Shown: positions 54,781 to 64,000 of the stretch, in pieces
Layout: each line of letters starts with the position of its first letter
Position numbering within the stretch: position 1 is the stretch's first letter
Origin: Candidatus Magasanikiibacteriota bacterium
GTDB taxonomy: Bacteria; Patescibacteriota; Patescibacteriia; Magasanikbacterales; UBA922
Length of the DNA stretch: 64,000 bases
Assembly: GCA_003518365.1 (NCBI GenBank)
Contig: DOYU01000021.1
Span: forward strand, 492 to 64,491
Direction of reading: 5' to 3'
Made by a program: the position numbers and the translations under genes
The notes under the pieces: generated by a model
Database searches by the model: none
What the model was told of the DNA's origin: nothing
The model's input: only the letters and a program-made list of their open reading frames with translations

Positions 54781-54912
54781 AAGGGGTTTTAAGGGGAAAG
54801 CTGTTTGAGCCTAAGTGCTTGCCAATGAGTATTTTCTTAGCACCGACACAGGCGAGTTCTTTCCCCTAACACTTTTTGTTACTTTTTGGTGACAAAAAGT
54901 AAGGGAAGAAGT
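54781..54912 (+). repeat. Copy 2 of the roughly 130-nt structured intergenic repeat
   Basis: Full-length alignment with 38730-38860. Substitutions are scattered and the last roughly 45 nt are nearly identical. Confidence 0.7.
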
Positions 54913-54955
54913 ATATATATTATTATCTGAAACATCTTTCTTAAAAAAGAAAGTA

Positions 54956-56086
54956 TTATTTCTTATAATACTTCTTTCCCTGCAACTTCTCCGGCAAAAA
55001 ACTTTTCTTTGATCTCATCTCATACCCTTCACCATATCCAAGTTCTTTCATCAAGGCTGTCGGGGCATTCCGGACTTCCATAGGAATAGACAAATTTCCA
55101 TGTGCCTTCACATCTGCCTCTGCCGCGCGGAGGGCATCGTAGGCAGATCGATCTTTTTTACTTTCTGCGAGATAGACGACGCCGTGAGCCAAATTGATCG
55201 CGCATTCCGGCAATCCTATTGTCTCTACTGATCGAAATACTTCATTTGCCACGACGAGCGCGGTTGGCTGCGCCATGCCGATGTCTTCACTCGCAAAGAC
55301 GACCATCCTTCGCGCAATAAACTTTGGGTCTTCACCAGCATCAAGCATCCGTGCGAGATAGTACACCGCCGCATCCGGCTGGCTCGCGCGCATAGATTTG
55401 ATAAAGGCGCTAATCGTGTTGTAATGTTCCTCCCCTTTTTTATCGTAGCGCAGATGTTTTGATTGCAGCGCTTCTTTCAAATGCTCGACAGTAATGGTGG
55501 TATATAATTCTTTTGTCTGCTCTAGCATGGTCAGTGCTTGGCGTGCGTCACCGTTTGCCATAGCAATGAGCCATTCCATAGCATCGTCTGGAATATACAT
55601 CTTTGTGGCTGTCAAAATAACGCGCATATCATCTGGCGTATGTTCGTGCAAGACAAACACCCGACATCGTGATAAGAGCGCGGAGATGACTTCAAAGCTG
55701 GGATTTTCTGTGGTCGCGCCGATCAACACGATTTCTCCAGATTCCACAAACGGGAGCAGATAATCTTGTTGCGCTTTATTGAAGCGATGAATTTCGTCGA
55801 GAAACAATATTTTTTGCGAATCACTTTCTGTCTTGATCACTTTTTCTACATCAGCCTTTTTTGCAGAGACAGCAGAGAGTTCAAAAAAATTTGCACCGAG
55901 ACTTTCTGCATATATTTTTGCCAATGTTGTCTTGCCACTTCCCGGAGGCCCCCAAAGAAGAAATGAAAACATATGCCCCTGCTCGATCGCTTTGCGAAGT
56001 GGCTTTCCGGGTCCCACAAGATGTTCTTGACCAATAAAGTCGTCAAGTGCCCGCGGACGGAGTTGTGTGGCGAGTGGGGTTTTCAT
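54956..56086 (-). CDS. rarA: Replication-associated recombination protein A (AAA+ ATPase)
   Basis: LWGPPGSGKTTLA, ILFLDEIHRFNK, GATTENPSF, and the MgsA C-terminal domain. Confidence 0.9.
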   Translation of the reverse strand: MKTPLATQLRPRALDDFIGQEHLVGPGKPLRKAIEQGHMFSFLLWGPPGSGKTTLAKIYAESLGANFFELSAVSAKKADVEKVIKTESDSQKILFLDEIHRFNKAQQDYLLPFVESGEIVLIGATTENPSFEVISALLSRCRVFVLHEHTPDDMRVILTATKMYIPDDAMEWLIAMANGDARQALTMLEQTKELYTTITVEHLKEALQSKHLRYDKKGEEHYNTISAFIKSMRASQPDAAVYYLARMLDAGEDPKFIARRMVVFASEDIGMAQPTALVVANEVFRSVETIGLPECAINLAHGVVYLAESKKDRSAYDALRAAEADVKAHGNLSIPMEVRNAPTALMKELGYGEGYEMRSKKSFLPEKLQGKKYYKK

Positions 56087-56128
56087 ATATACCAGCAGTA
56101 AGCAATAAGCAGAGTAAGCAGAATATGC

Positions 56129-56515
56129 TTATCGCTTATCTACTGACTGAAATCCAAGCGAAAGGGAATTGATACAATACCGCTTACCAGTCTCTGTCGG
56201 ACCGTCGTCAAAGATGTGGCCAAGATGAGAACCACACTGTGCGCAGCGTACTTCTGTTCTCGTCATGCCCAGAGTAGTATCATCGAGAAATGTCACTGTC
56301 CCCTCTCCCATATCACGATCAAAACTCGGCCATCCACAATGGGAGTCAAATTTTGCGCCAGAAGCAAATAACACATTGCCGCAAGCTGCACATGTGTAGG
56401 ATCCGTCTTCTTTGTGATCGAGAAATTTGCCGGAAAATGGCGCTTCGGTACCACGTTCTCTAAGAATGTGATATTGTTCTTGGGTAAGTTTCTCTCTGAA
56501 CTCTTGGTCGTTCAT
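56129..56515 (-). CDS. msrB: Peptide-methionine (R)-S-oxide reductase
   Basis: YTCAACGNVLF, CAQCGSHLGHIF and RYCINS. Start set at ATG 56515, since the track start is a TTG. Confidence 0.9.
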   Translation of the reverse strand: MNDQEFREKLTQEQYHILRERGTEAPFSGKFLDHKEDGSYTCAACGNVLFASGAKFDSHCGWPSFDRDMGEGTVTFLDDTTLGMTRTEVRCAQCGSHLGHIFDDGPTETGKRYCINSLSLGFQSVDKR

Positions 56516-56593
56516 ATAGGGAGGTGTGAGAAAGTACAATGTATAGGTTCATCGTACGTCGAATTGGCAGGTTGGTCAACTCACAGCATTGTA

Positions 56594-56622
56594 TTGACTA
56601 CTTGACGGGAATACGGTATAGT
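56594..56622 (+). promoter_or_regulatory. Candidate promoter for tRNA-Val (TTGACT-17-TATAGT)
   Basis: TTGACT 56594-56599, 17-nt spacer, TATAGT 56617-56622. About 29 nt upstream of the tRNA 5' end. Confidence 0.5.
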
Positions 56623-56650
56623 TAGCCTCGCAAAAAACAATGGATTTTAT

Positions 56651-56727
56651 GCGCGCCTAGCTCAGTTGGTTAGAGCATCTCGTTTACACCGAGAGGGTCG
56701 GGGGTTCGAATCCCTCGGCGCGCACCA
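56651..56727 (+). tRNA. tRNA-Val (anticodon TAC), 3' CCA encoded
   Basis: Folded by hand: acceptor GCGCGCC/GGCGCGC, D-arm GCTC..GAGC, anticodon stem TCTCG/CGAGA with loop TTTACAC, T-arm GGGGG-TTCGAAT-CCCTC, then ACCA. Confidence 0.92.
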
Positions 56728-56736
56728 AGAACATAA

Positions 56737-56809
56737 GCAATAAACACTAAACAATAAACAGTCGTTACTCAAAATTGTTTATTGCCTGCTGTTTATTGTT
56801 TATTTTTTT
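56737..56809 (+). terminator. Extended hairpin plus T-run between tRNA-Val and tRNA-Thr
   Basis: GCAATAAACA and AAACAATAAACAG pair with TTGTTTATTGC and CTGTTTATTGTTT, followed by TTTTTTT. Confidence 0.45.
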
Positions 56810-56812
56810 CAT

Positions 56813-56885
56813 GCCGTCATAGCTCAGTTGGTAGAGCGCATCCATGGTAAGGATGAGGTCTCGGGTTCGATTCCCGATGTCGGCT
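56813..56885 (+). tRNA. tRNA-Thr (anticodon GGT), CCA not encoded
   Basis: Folded by hand: acceptor GCCGTCA/TGTCGGC (one U-U mismatch), anticodon stem CATCC/GGATG with loop ATGGTAA, T-arm TCGGG-TTCGATT-CCCGA. Confidence 0.88.
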
Positions 56886-56886
56886 C

Positions 56887-56922
56887 AAAAAAAACATTGC
56901 TACATCAAGCAATGTTTTTTTT
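56887..56922 (+). terminator. Intrinsic terminator after tRNA-Thr
   Basis: AAAACATTGC-tacatcaa-GCAATGTTTT followed by a T-run. Confidence 0.65.
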
Positions 56923-57148
56923 GCAATCAATGTTTGAACTGAGCATCAAGAATATTCTATTCATTTTCAATACATCTCACACCAACAAAAAAGTACCTCG
57001 CTCATCACCAAAATTCCTCCTATATATTTATTCATAACATAGACATGTTAGCATCTACTACTCTAAGTCAAACCATGCCTTATACGCTCTACATCTCCTA
57101 CACATTATGTGATATACTCTTATCAATAATGACCTCCTCTGCCTGTCT

Positions 57149-58501
57149 ATGCCAGCAGCTATTTCAATTCACAATCTTTCTGTTACCTATTTTCCTGGAA
57201 AGAGCAATGAAGTAAAAGCACTCAGTAATGCTACTCTTGATATTTATTCAGGAGAATTTATTATTTTTTTTGGTCCTTCTGGTTGTGGAAAATCCACCCT
57301 CCTCTACACTATTGCTGGTCTTGAAAGACCCACAGAAGGAGAAGTTGTTGTCCAAAATTTAACATTGCATGACCTGAAAAATAAAGAACTAGAATATTAT
57401 CACCAGTTTACCACCGGCATGGTCTTTCAGGCGTTTCATCTGATTCCCTCTCTGAGTGTTGAAAAAAATATCTTGTTGCCGCAAATCGCAGTCGGAGGAA
57501 AACGGAAGGAACGCCAAGCAGAAGCAGAACGCCTCATGAAATATTTTGGCGTGTATGAACAACGAGGCAAATTGCCAAACGAACTTTCCGGTGGGCAGCA
57601 GCAACGTGTTGCTATTTGTCGTTCGCTCATCAATGATCCTGAAATTATCTTTGCTGATGAACCGGTCGGAAATCTTGATTCAAAATCAGCACAAGACGTG
57701 CTTGCCCTTATTCAAGAATTGAACATCAAACAAAAAAAGACGATCATTCTCGTCACGCATGATCCTTCCCACCTCGATATAGCGGATCGCGTGTTCTTTA
57801 TGAAAGATGGGAAAATCATTAATACCAAGGAAAATCCCAACAAACGACACATTACGCCAGGTGAACTCGCTGCGGCTCCAGCACCACCAAAGACAAACCT
57901 CGAATTGGTCTCCACATCATTTACCAAAGAAGGTGCCTTTGGGCTGGAAGGCATGTTGCTCGACTATACAGCAAAAGAAATTGTTGCAGAGGCACTCACT
58001 GGATTTACGGCAGAAGAAATCAATCGTATCGAACAGTATGTGAAGTCATATCTGACCGATGTAAAAGCAAAACCGAGCACATTGCAGGAATATCTCAATG
58101 AAGATTATATGACAGCCAATGGATTGGCTCTCAATAAACGCTCTGCCAAAAGGCTGACAACCTTGCTCACGCATACAGCAAAGGAAATGCGTGACCTTCA
58201 CGACAGAGTTATCAGCAAACATAAGAAAAAACCAAACTATGCAGCAGAACTACGCTACTATTTGCTCGGGACGTTTGATGTGTCACTGAGAAATACTGAG
58301 GCAATTGATGCCATGGATGCCGTTATCAAGGATAGAATCAATGACAGGACAGATAGAAAAGGCGCGCAAGCGATGTTTGAGTTGCCTATCTCTCGTGGGG
58401 GTGTAGGTCTTCGCAAAAGAGTTGCAAGAAAAATGGCAAAGCACCTCGACGTGGTATTACTCGCAAGATATCGTGTTGAAAAAAAGGCAAAAAAAATATA
58501 A
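57149..58501 (+). CDS. ABC transporter ATP-binding protein (MacB/FtsE-like) with a roughly 220-aa C-terminal extension of unknown function
   Basis: [35 protein letters not shown]. Residues from about 230 to 450 have no recognisable family. Confidence 0.85.
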   Translation: MPAAISIHNLSVTYFPGKSNEVKALSNATLDIYSGEFIIFFGPSGCGKSTLLYTIAGLERPTEGEVVVQNLTLHDLKNKELEYYHQFTTGMVFQAFHLIPSLSVEKNILLPQIAVGGKRKERQAEAERLMKYFGVYEQRGKLPNELSGGQQQRVAICRSLINDPEIIFADEPVGNLDSKSAQDVLALIQELNIKQKKTIILVTHDPSHLDIADRVFFMKDGKIINTKENPNKRHITPGELAAAPAPPKTNLELVSTSFTKEGAFGLEGMLLDYTAKEIVAEALTGFTAEEINRIEQYVKSYLTDVKAKPSTLQEYLNEDYMTANGLALNKRSAKRLTTLLTHTAKEMRDLHDRVISKHKKKPNYAAELRYYLLGTFDVSLRNTEAIDAMDAVIKDRINDRTDRKGAQAMFELPISRGGVGLRKRVARKMAKHLDVVLLARYRVEKKAKKI

Positions 58502-58520
58502 TACGTAATGACTGGCTCGC

Positions 58521-59810
58521 ATGAAAAAAGATGTGAACACAATCTCACAAAAAAACACCCCAATTGCGGGGGGACAACCTCATCCAAAAAGAAAACGGAT
58601 GGCTTTTCAAGATGTGTTGATGCTCTCTACGCGTACATTTCGGACAAGACCCTTGCGTACATCACTCACCATTTTAGGTATGAGTGTTGGTATAGGTGCC
58701 GTCTTATTTTTGGTATCCCTGGGATATGGTCTCCAAGAAACGGTATTAAATCGTATTACAACCGCAGATGCCCTCCTCAGTCTCGACGTCAGCCCAGGAG
58801 ATACAGAACTCATCCAACTCAATAATCAGAGTATCGACAAGATAGCTTCTTTGGAGCATGTTGAAGAAGTGAGTCCTGTGGCAGCACTTCCTTCTCAGAT
58901 TGCTTACGGAGAACTGACAGGTGTCGTCACGATGTACGGCGTCAAACCATCCTTTTTTGGTCTGAGTGGTCTGAACCCCATGATTGGTGACTTCTTTTCA
59001 GACGAAGATCTGAATAATGGACGCCATGATATAGTCGTATCGTCTGCGTTGTCGGCAATATTTGATGTTCCTCCAGAAGACATGATTGGACACAACGTCA
59101 CGCTCACAGCCTTTTTGCCATTCATCGATGAGGCTGGATTTGAAGAAATAAAAACAGTAGACATTCCTGCAACATTTACCATCAGTGCCGTCATTGACGA
59201 TGAAGGAGAAAGCTTTATTTACGCACCATCATCATTGCTCGAAGGAATCCAAGTGAATACCTACATAGGCATAAAGGTAAAAGCGACAGATCCTGAATAT
59301 ATGAGTGCACTCAGAGATCAAATTATTGAAATGGGATTCTTTGTATCAGTCCTCCAAGATACCATTGATCAAGTAACAAAAATCTTCACCATTATTCAGG
59401 TAGTCCTCGGATTGTTTGGTCTCATAGCTCTCATCGTCTCTGCGATTGGGATGTTTAATACGATGACGGTCATGCTCCTCGAAAGAACGAATGAAATCGG
59501 TATTATGCGCTCTATTGGCGTCACAAAAAGTGACGTAAAAAAACTCTTTATTATTGAAGCAATGGTAATGGGATTTTTAGGTGGTTTTGGTGGAGTTGCC
59601 CTCGGTCACATTGGAGGTGTTTTAGCAAATGTAGGGGTAAACATCCTCGCAAAAAGTTTTGGTGGACAAGCACTGGACCTCTTCTCATACCCCTCAATAT
59701 TTATCCTTGTAATCGTCATTTTTTCAACAATTATTGGACTTCTCACCGGTCTCTTCCCTGCTCGACGTGCCGGCAAGCTCAAACCCCTCGATGCGCTCAG
59801 ATATAAGTAA
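58521..59810 (+). CDS. ABC transporter permease (MacB periplasmic domain plus FtsX)
   Basis: LRTSLTILGMSVGIGAV, and the C-terminal FtsX motif FPARRAGKLKPLDALRYK. Confidence 0.85.
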   Translation: MKKDVNTISQKNTPIAGGQPHPKRKRMAFQDVLMLSTRTFRTRPLRTSLTILGMSVGIGAVLFLVSLGYGLQETVLNRITTADALLSLDVSPGDTELIQLNNQSIDKIASLEHVEEVSPVAALPSQIAYGELTGVVTMYGVKPSFFGLSGLNPMIGDFFSDEDLNNGRHDIVVSSALSAIFDVPPEDMIGHNVTLTAFLPFIDEAGFEEIKTVDIPATFTISAVIDDEGESFIYAPSSLLEGIQVNTYIGIKVKATDPEYMSALRDQIIEMGFFVSVLQDTIDQVTKIFTIIQVVLGLFGLIALIVSAIGMFNTMTVMLLERTNEIGIMRSIGVTKSDVKKLFIIEAMVMGFLGGFGGVALGHIGGVLANVGVNILAKSFGGQALDLFSYPSIFILVIVIFSTIIGLLTGLFPARRAGKLKPLDALRYK

Positions 59811-59864
59811 TATCATGCACAATGTGTCTCATATCGAAAAATCCTTTAGGTAAGGGCTTTTCTA

Positions 59865-59893
59865 TTGACAAGAACAACAGGATCCGCTATACT
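59865..59893 (+). promoter_or_regulatory. Candidate promoter for typA (TTGACA-17-TATACT)
   Basis: TTGACA 59865-59870, 17-nt spacer, TATACT 59888-59893. Confidence 0.5.
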
Positions 59894-59963
59894 TGTGCCC
59901 TATAGAGATTCTCCAGCTCGGAGAATTTTATTATAAAAAAATTACGAACTAGTACCACAAGAT

Positions 59964-61748
59964 ATGGATATTCGAAATATCGCCATCATCGCACACGTAG
60001 ACCATGGCAAAACCACCCTCACAGACGCCCTCCTCCGCCAAACAGGGATGATTGAGGAAACAGGCAGTATGGATAGTAACTCGCTTGAACAAGAGCGAGG
60101 TATTACGATTTATGCAAAAAACACCACGCTCTATTACAAAGATGTAAAAATCAATATCGTTGACACACCAGGCCATGCGGATTTTGGCTCAGAAGTAGAA
60201 CGAGTCCTCCGATCGATTGATTCTGTGATCCTCGTTGTAGATGCACAGGAAGGGCCAATGCCACAGACAAAATTTGTCTTGAAAAAAAGTCTCGAGCTTG
60301 GTCTCAAGCCGCTTGTGGTACTCAATAAAATTGACAAACCTGCAGCAAGACCAGACGAAGTCCATGAAGAAGTACTGGAATTATTTATGGATCTTGGTGC
60401 CAATGATGAACAAATGAACTTCCCGTATTGTTATGCCATCGGCAAACAAGGAATTGCGAAAAAAACACTCGACGATGCATCAACTGATATGAATCCCCTC
60501 CTGGATCTCATTCTCGAGCACGTTCAGCCAGCACCTCATGACATCACTGTCCCATTTCGCATGCAACCCTTCAATCTTGCCTATGATGACTTTGTTGGTC
60601 GTCTTGCGATTGGACGTATTTACGAAGGAATTGTGCATGTCGGTGATAAAGTCATTATCAAAAAACCAACAGGTGAAACACGCAGTGGCACGATTACAAA
60701 ACTGCAGCAATTCAAAGGGTTTGATCGTGTTGACGCCACAGAAGCGCTTGCTGGTGACATTGTCATGTTAGCAGGCATTGCAGACATCGATATTGGAGAA
60801 ACCATCTGTCACAGCGCCAATCAAGAACCACTCCCAGCGATTCATGTGGATGAGCCAACTATCGGGATTGACTTTTTAGTCAATAATTCTCCCTTTGCCG
60901 GCAAAGAAGGAAAATTTGTCACGACAAGACAGATCAAAGAACGACTTGAAAAAGAATTGGAAATTAATGTAGGGCTCAAAATCGACTTTTCTGAATCAGA
61001 CAAATTCAAAGTCTATGGCCGTGGAGAACTCCATATTGCTATTTTGCTTGAACAAATGCGCAGAGAAGGATTTGAATTGCAAGTCAGCCAGCCACAGGTT
61101 ATTATCAAAGAAATCGAAGGCGTCAAAAGCGAACCATTTGAAGAAGTCACGATCGATATTCCTGAAGAATTCACGGGAACGATTATCGAAAAATTGAGTA
61201 AACGCAAAGGTCTCATGACAAACATGGTCTCAAAAAACGGCCATGCGCGTCTTACCTTTGAAATTCCTTCTCGTGGCCTCCTTGGTTACCGTGGTCAATT
61301 TATCATGGACACAAAAGGCGAAGGTATCATGGCAAGCCAAGGCGCAGGGTTCCGTAAATATGTTGGAGAGATAGAAAAACGAAATGTTGGCTCTATGATC
61401 TCCATGGTCACAGGCAAAGCGCTTGGCTATTCACTCGCAAATCTCCAAGAACGAGGTGCCCTCTATATCGGACCAAACGTCGAAGTATACGAAGGTATGG
61501 TCATCGGAAATACTGCAAAGGGAGAAGACATGGCGGTCAATCCTATCAAAGGAAAGCAACTCACCAATATGCGTGCCAGTGGTACGGATGAGGCGCTGAA
61601 CCTGACACCACCATTGGACATGACGCTTGAACGTGCGCTGGAAACCATTGCAGAAGACGAATACCTTGAAATCACGCCATTAAGTGTCCGCATTCGAAAA
61701 CAATTTCTTACAGAAAATGATCGAAAGAGATCCGGACGCAAGGCCTAG
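59964..61748 (+). CDS. typA: Translational GTPase TypA/BipA
   Basis: IRNIAIIAHVDHGKTTL, DTPGHADFG, NKIDK, and the BipA C-terminal domain. Confidence 0.93.
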   Translation: MDIRNIAIIAHVDHGKTTLTDALLRQTGMIEETGSMDSNSLEQERGITIYAKNTTLYYKDVKINIVDTPGHADFGSEVERVLRSIDSVILVVDAQEGPMPQTKFVLKKSLELGLKPLVVLNKIDKPAARPDEVHEEVLELFMDLGANDEQMNFPYCYAIGKQGIAKKTLDDASTDMNPLLDLILEHVQPAPHDITVPFRMQPFNLAYDDFVGRLAIGRIYEGIVHVGDKVIIKKPTGETRSGTITKLQQFKGFDRVDATEALAGDIVMLAGIADIDIGETICHSANQEPLPAIHVDEPTIGIDFLVNNSPFAGKEGKFVTTRQIKERLEKELEINVGLKIDFSESDKFKVYGRGELHIAILLEQMRREGFELQVSQPQVIIKEIEGVKSEPFEEVTIDIPEEFTGTIIEKLSKRKGLMTNMVSKNGHARLTFEIPSRGLLGYRGQFIMDTKGEGIMASQGAGFRKYVGEIEKRNVGSMISMVTGKALGYSLANLQERGALYIGPNVEVYEGMVIGNTAKGEDMAVNPIKGKQLTNMRASGTDEALNLTPPLDMTLERALETIAEDEYLEITPLSVRIRKQFLTENDRKRSGRKA

Positions 61749-61764
61749 GCACATATACTCCTGG

Positions 61765-61797
61765 AAGCCCCTGTTATCTACATAGCAGGGGCTTTTG
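61765..61797 (+). terminator. Intrinsic terminator after typA
   Basis: AAGCCCCTG-12 nt-CAGGGGCTT followed by TTTG. Confidence 0.6.
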
Positions 61798-61852
61798 TAT
61801 TGCAATGAAAGAAATGAGTGATACCGTGCGTATTACATCATAGAGGAAAAGT

Positions 61853-62449
61853 GTGTATACTCTCAGCATGACTGATTATTCTGCCGATACAGATGAATCC
61901 CTTGCTCTGCGCTCGACGACCGATCACGACGCATTTGGAGCACTCGTTGGGCGATATGAGCAAAAGCTCTATCGCTATGTTCGTCGTATCACAGATGCGA
62001 GTCATGAAGAGTGTGAAGATATTTTGCAAGAAATTTTTTTAAAAACATATCGCTATCTACATAATTTTGATGATTCACTTTCATTTTCTTCATGGATCTA
62101 TCGAATAGCACACAATGAAACGATCAGCCACTTCCGAAAACGATCAGTAAGACCACAGACCATCCGAGAAGAAGATGGGACTCTCTACCTCCAAAATATT
62201 GAAGCAGATATGGATATTGCCGCAGAGATAGATACCAAAGCTCTTCAACAACAAATTCAAAAAATCCTAGATACCCTTGGCCCAAAATATAAAGATGTTC
62301 TCCTCCTGAGATACCTCGAAGAAAAAAATTATCAAGAAATTTCAGATATTCTCAAAATACCCGTAAAAACAGTAGGGACAAGAATCAATAGAGCAAAAAA
62401 ACAACTGCATCAGAGTATTACAGAACAGGGCCTGTTCATTACTCCATAA
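61853..62449 (+). CDS. ECF-type RNA polymerase sigma-70 family factor
   Basis: DAFGALVGRYEQKLYRYVRRI (region 2) and YQEISDILKIPVKTVGTRINRAKKQL (region 4). GTG 61853 has GAGG 6 nt upstream. ATG 61868 is the alternative start. Confidence 0.82.
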   Translation: MYTLSMTDYSADTDESLALRSTTDHDAFGALVGRYEQKLYRYVRRITDASHEECEDILQEIFLKTYRYLHNFDDSLSFSSWIYRIAHNETISHFRKRSVRPQTIREEDGTLYLQNIEADMDIAAEIDTKALQQQIQKILDTLGPKYKDVLLLRYLEEKNYQEISDILKIPVKTVGTRINRAKKQLHQSITEQGLFITP

Positions 62450-62453
62450 TCAT

Positions 62454-63239
62454 ATGGATATCAAACAAAAAATCCTAGATACAATCAAAAACGAACACAT
62501 CACCCCTATTCCCGCATGGAAATTCTTCATGGGGACATATGGCTTATGGATGCTTTCTGGAGTGCTTCTCATACTCGGTTCCTTTGGTGTGGCATCGATT
62601 GTTTTTCTCTTTACAAAAAATGATTGGGATATTTATACCGAATTGTCTGAATCAAAATTCACACATATTGTATCAACACTCCCCTATTTGTGGCTTGCCA
62701 TTTTTGTCATCATGCTCATTTTGCTCTATGTCGATATTCGTCATACAAAACGAGGATATTCCTATACATCACTGCATCTTTTCTTCGCAGCATTAGGAGC
62801 AAGCATACTCCTCGGGTTTGGGCTTCATGTGATAGGCGTTGGACAAAAAATCGACACGATCATCACAAAAACAGACCCCCACTATGCTCACATGTTCAAT
62901 CCTCGCCTGAGAGCGTTGAGCCAGCCAGAAAAAGGTATTCTTATGGGAAAGGTCACCAACATAGAGACTATATCCTCGACAACAACACGCATGTATGTCG
63001 AAAATCCTCTCTTAGAAGGTACCTGGGTTGTGATTGTTCAGCCAACAACTATTCTTCCACCCTCAGGAATACAGATTCAAGATCGTATTCGTGTACTTGG
63101 AGAAGAAATAAAAGATGTCGACACAGCAGAACATCAATTTTTTGCTCACATCATCCTTCCCTTTGACACACTCGGCATAGAACCAGGATGGAAAAGACGG
63201 AACATGCAACCACCCCCTCTCCAACGTCCTATCCGCTAA
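62454..63239 (+). CDS. Membrane protein (4 TM helices), putative partner of the upstream sigma factor
   Basis: Starts 4 nt after the sigma gene stop codon. No recognisable family. Confidence 0.5.
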   Translation: MDIKQKILDTIKNEHITPIPAWKFFMGTYGLWMLSGVLLILGSFGVASIVFLFTKNDWDIYTELSESKFTHIVSTLPYLWLAIFVIMLILLYVDIRHTKRGYSYTSLHLFFAALGASILLGFGLHVIGVGQKIDTIITKTDPHYAHMFNPRLRALSQPEKGILMGKVTNIETISSTTTRMYVENPLLEGTWVVIVQPTTILPPSGIQIQDRIRVLGEEIKDVDTAEHQFFAHIILPFDTLGIEPGWKRRNMQPPPLQRPIR

Positions 63240-63374
63240 GAACCACATACAAAGAGAAAAGAGAGAGGCACATACGCTTCTCTCTTTATTATGAAAGAAA
63301 ATATGAGAAGGATACGTACTATATAGCAGAAGGGCCCGAGAACAACAATCTATACTCAATAATTCATATCTCCT

Positions 63375-64000
63375 ATGAACAAGCCACAAATAACGACAAC
63401 AGCAGCCATTCTCTTTGCCGTTGCAACTATGGGAATTGGTCTGGCAAATGCACAAGGAAGTGCATCTTCAGAAGGAGCAAATCCTCCTCAACGATCTTTT
63501 GGACAAGCACAACATCAACGCATGGATCAGGTACTCGAAGCCACAGATTATGCATCATTTGTCGATGAAGTAGGCACTGATGCAAAAATTCTTGACGTCA
63601 TTACTGAAGACAATTTTGGTCAATTCCTCAAAATGCATGAACTCATGCAATCCGGAGATTTAGACGGTGCAAAGACTATTGCAGATGAGCTAGACATGCC
63701 ATATGGAATGAAAGACATGCGTCAGGATGGAAGAGGAAGAGGTGCAGAAGGTATGGGACAAAGAGGTGGTAACAGAGGACAACTTTCAGAAGAAGAAAGA
63801 ACTGCGGTAGACGCAGCGATGGAATCTGGAGATTACCAGGCTTTTATAAAAGCACATGGAGCAGATTCAGATATAACATCTCGAGTGAGTGAAGAACAAT
63901 TCAAGGACATGGTGACTCGTCATAAAGAAAATGAAACACGCCGAGATGCAGTACAGGCATCCATTGATGCACGAGATTACGACTCCTTTGTGAAAGCAGT
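63375..64000 (+). CDS. Secreted protein with repeated [DG]DYxxF[VI]K helical units; 3' end beyond the window
   Basis: Not in the ORF track (open-ended). My translation is MNKPQITTTAAILFAVATMGIGLANAQGS... (signal peptide) with TDYASFVDE, GDYQAFIKA and RDYDSFVKA repeats. Confidence 0.55.
   Translation, partial: MNKPQITTTAAILFAVATMGIGLANAQGSASSEGANPPQRSFGQAQHQRMDQVLEATDYASFVDEVGTDAKILDVITEDNFGQFLKMHELMQSGDLDGAKTIADELDMPYGMKDMRQDGRGRGAEGMGQRGGNRGQLSEEERTAVDAAMESGDYQAFIKAHGADSDITSRVSEEQFKDMVTRHKENETRRDAVQASIDARDYDSFVKA

Noticed and set aside
38730-54912. The two 130-nt repeat copies considered as a diversity-generating retroelement template/variable repeat pair
   Set aside because: The mismatches are of all types (G/A, C/T, multi-nucleotide blocks), not adenine-specific. 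Neither copy lies in the 3' end of a target gene, and no reverse transcriptase is present in the window.
1-64000. Alternative genetic code (UGA recoded as in some candidate phyla)
   Set aside because: Well-conserved genes are intact under the standard code, and TGA is used as a genuine stop (for example the SIR2 gene at 29217-29219 and the DUF2779 gene at 27985-27987). No in-frame TGA is needed in any conserved protein.

Overview
This is a 64 kb piece of a low-GC bacterial chromosome. I estimate about 40% GC by eye from sampled lines. Genes are tightly packed, the standard genetic code applies (TAA, TAG and TGA all terminate intact ORFs), and several promoters match TTGACA-N17-TAnAnT. The gene content includes three ECF-type sigma factors each followed by a membrane protein, two MacB-type ABC pumps, a small GIY-YIG gene and few biosynthetic pathways. 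That would fit a small-genome lineage such as Patescibacteria/CPR, but this is inference only.

Core genes I can support:
- Information processing and housekeeping: KH protein, rpsP, smc, a DHH phosphoesterase, clpP, rpmG, rarA, msrB, typA, an ABC-F ATPase.
- Purine metabolism: guaB followed by a single 888-aa ORF that fuses PurA and PurB.
- Proline synthesis: proA, proB, proC.
- Other: two glycoside hydrolases, and tRNA-Trp, tRNA-Val and tRNA-Thr.

Accessory content:
1. An AT-rich defence-type island lies immediately downstream of tRNA-Trp (about 21.5-31.3 kb). It has eight co-directional, almost gapless genes: XRE, RhuM-Doc/Fic fusion, EcoRI-family N6A methyltransferase, DUF262-HNH fusion, DUF2779 nuclease, SIR2, HerA, KTSC. 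This is the best candidate for an undescribed system. SIR2-HerA is a known defence pair, but here a DUF2779 nuclease gene overlaps the SIR2 start codon and an MTase plus DUF262-HNH pair sits just upstream.
2. Three tandem GC-rich (about 60%) lipoprotein cassettes (5.6-8.1 kb). Each has its own promoter, and the two close paralogs share a conserved leader and a conserved 3' hairpin.
3. Other GC-rich singleton genes at 16.1 kb and 41.2-42.3 kb, plus a short GC-rich patch at 51.5 kb.
4. A hicBA pair.
5. Several repeat and hairpin families, including a 305-bp palindrome that spans two convergent stop codons and a roughly 130-bp structured repeat.

I also see a candidate Pro-codon leader peptide with a terminator/antiterminator upstream of proABC. 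No CRISPR array, rRNA gene, integrase or transposase is visible.
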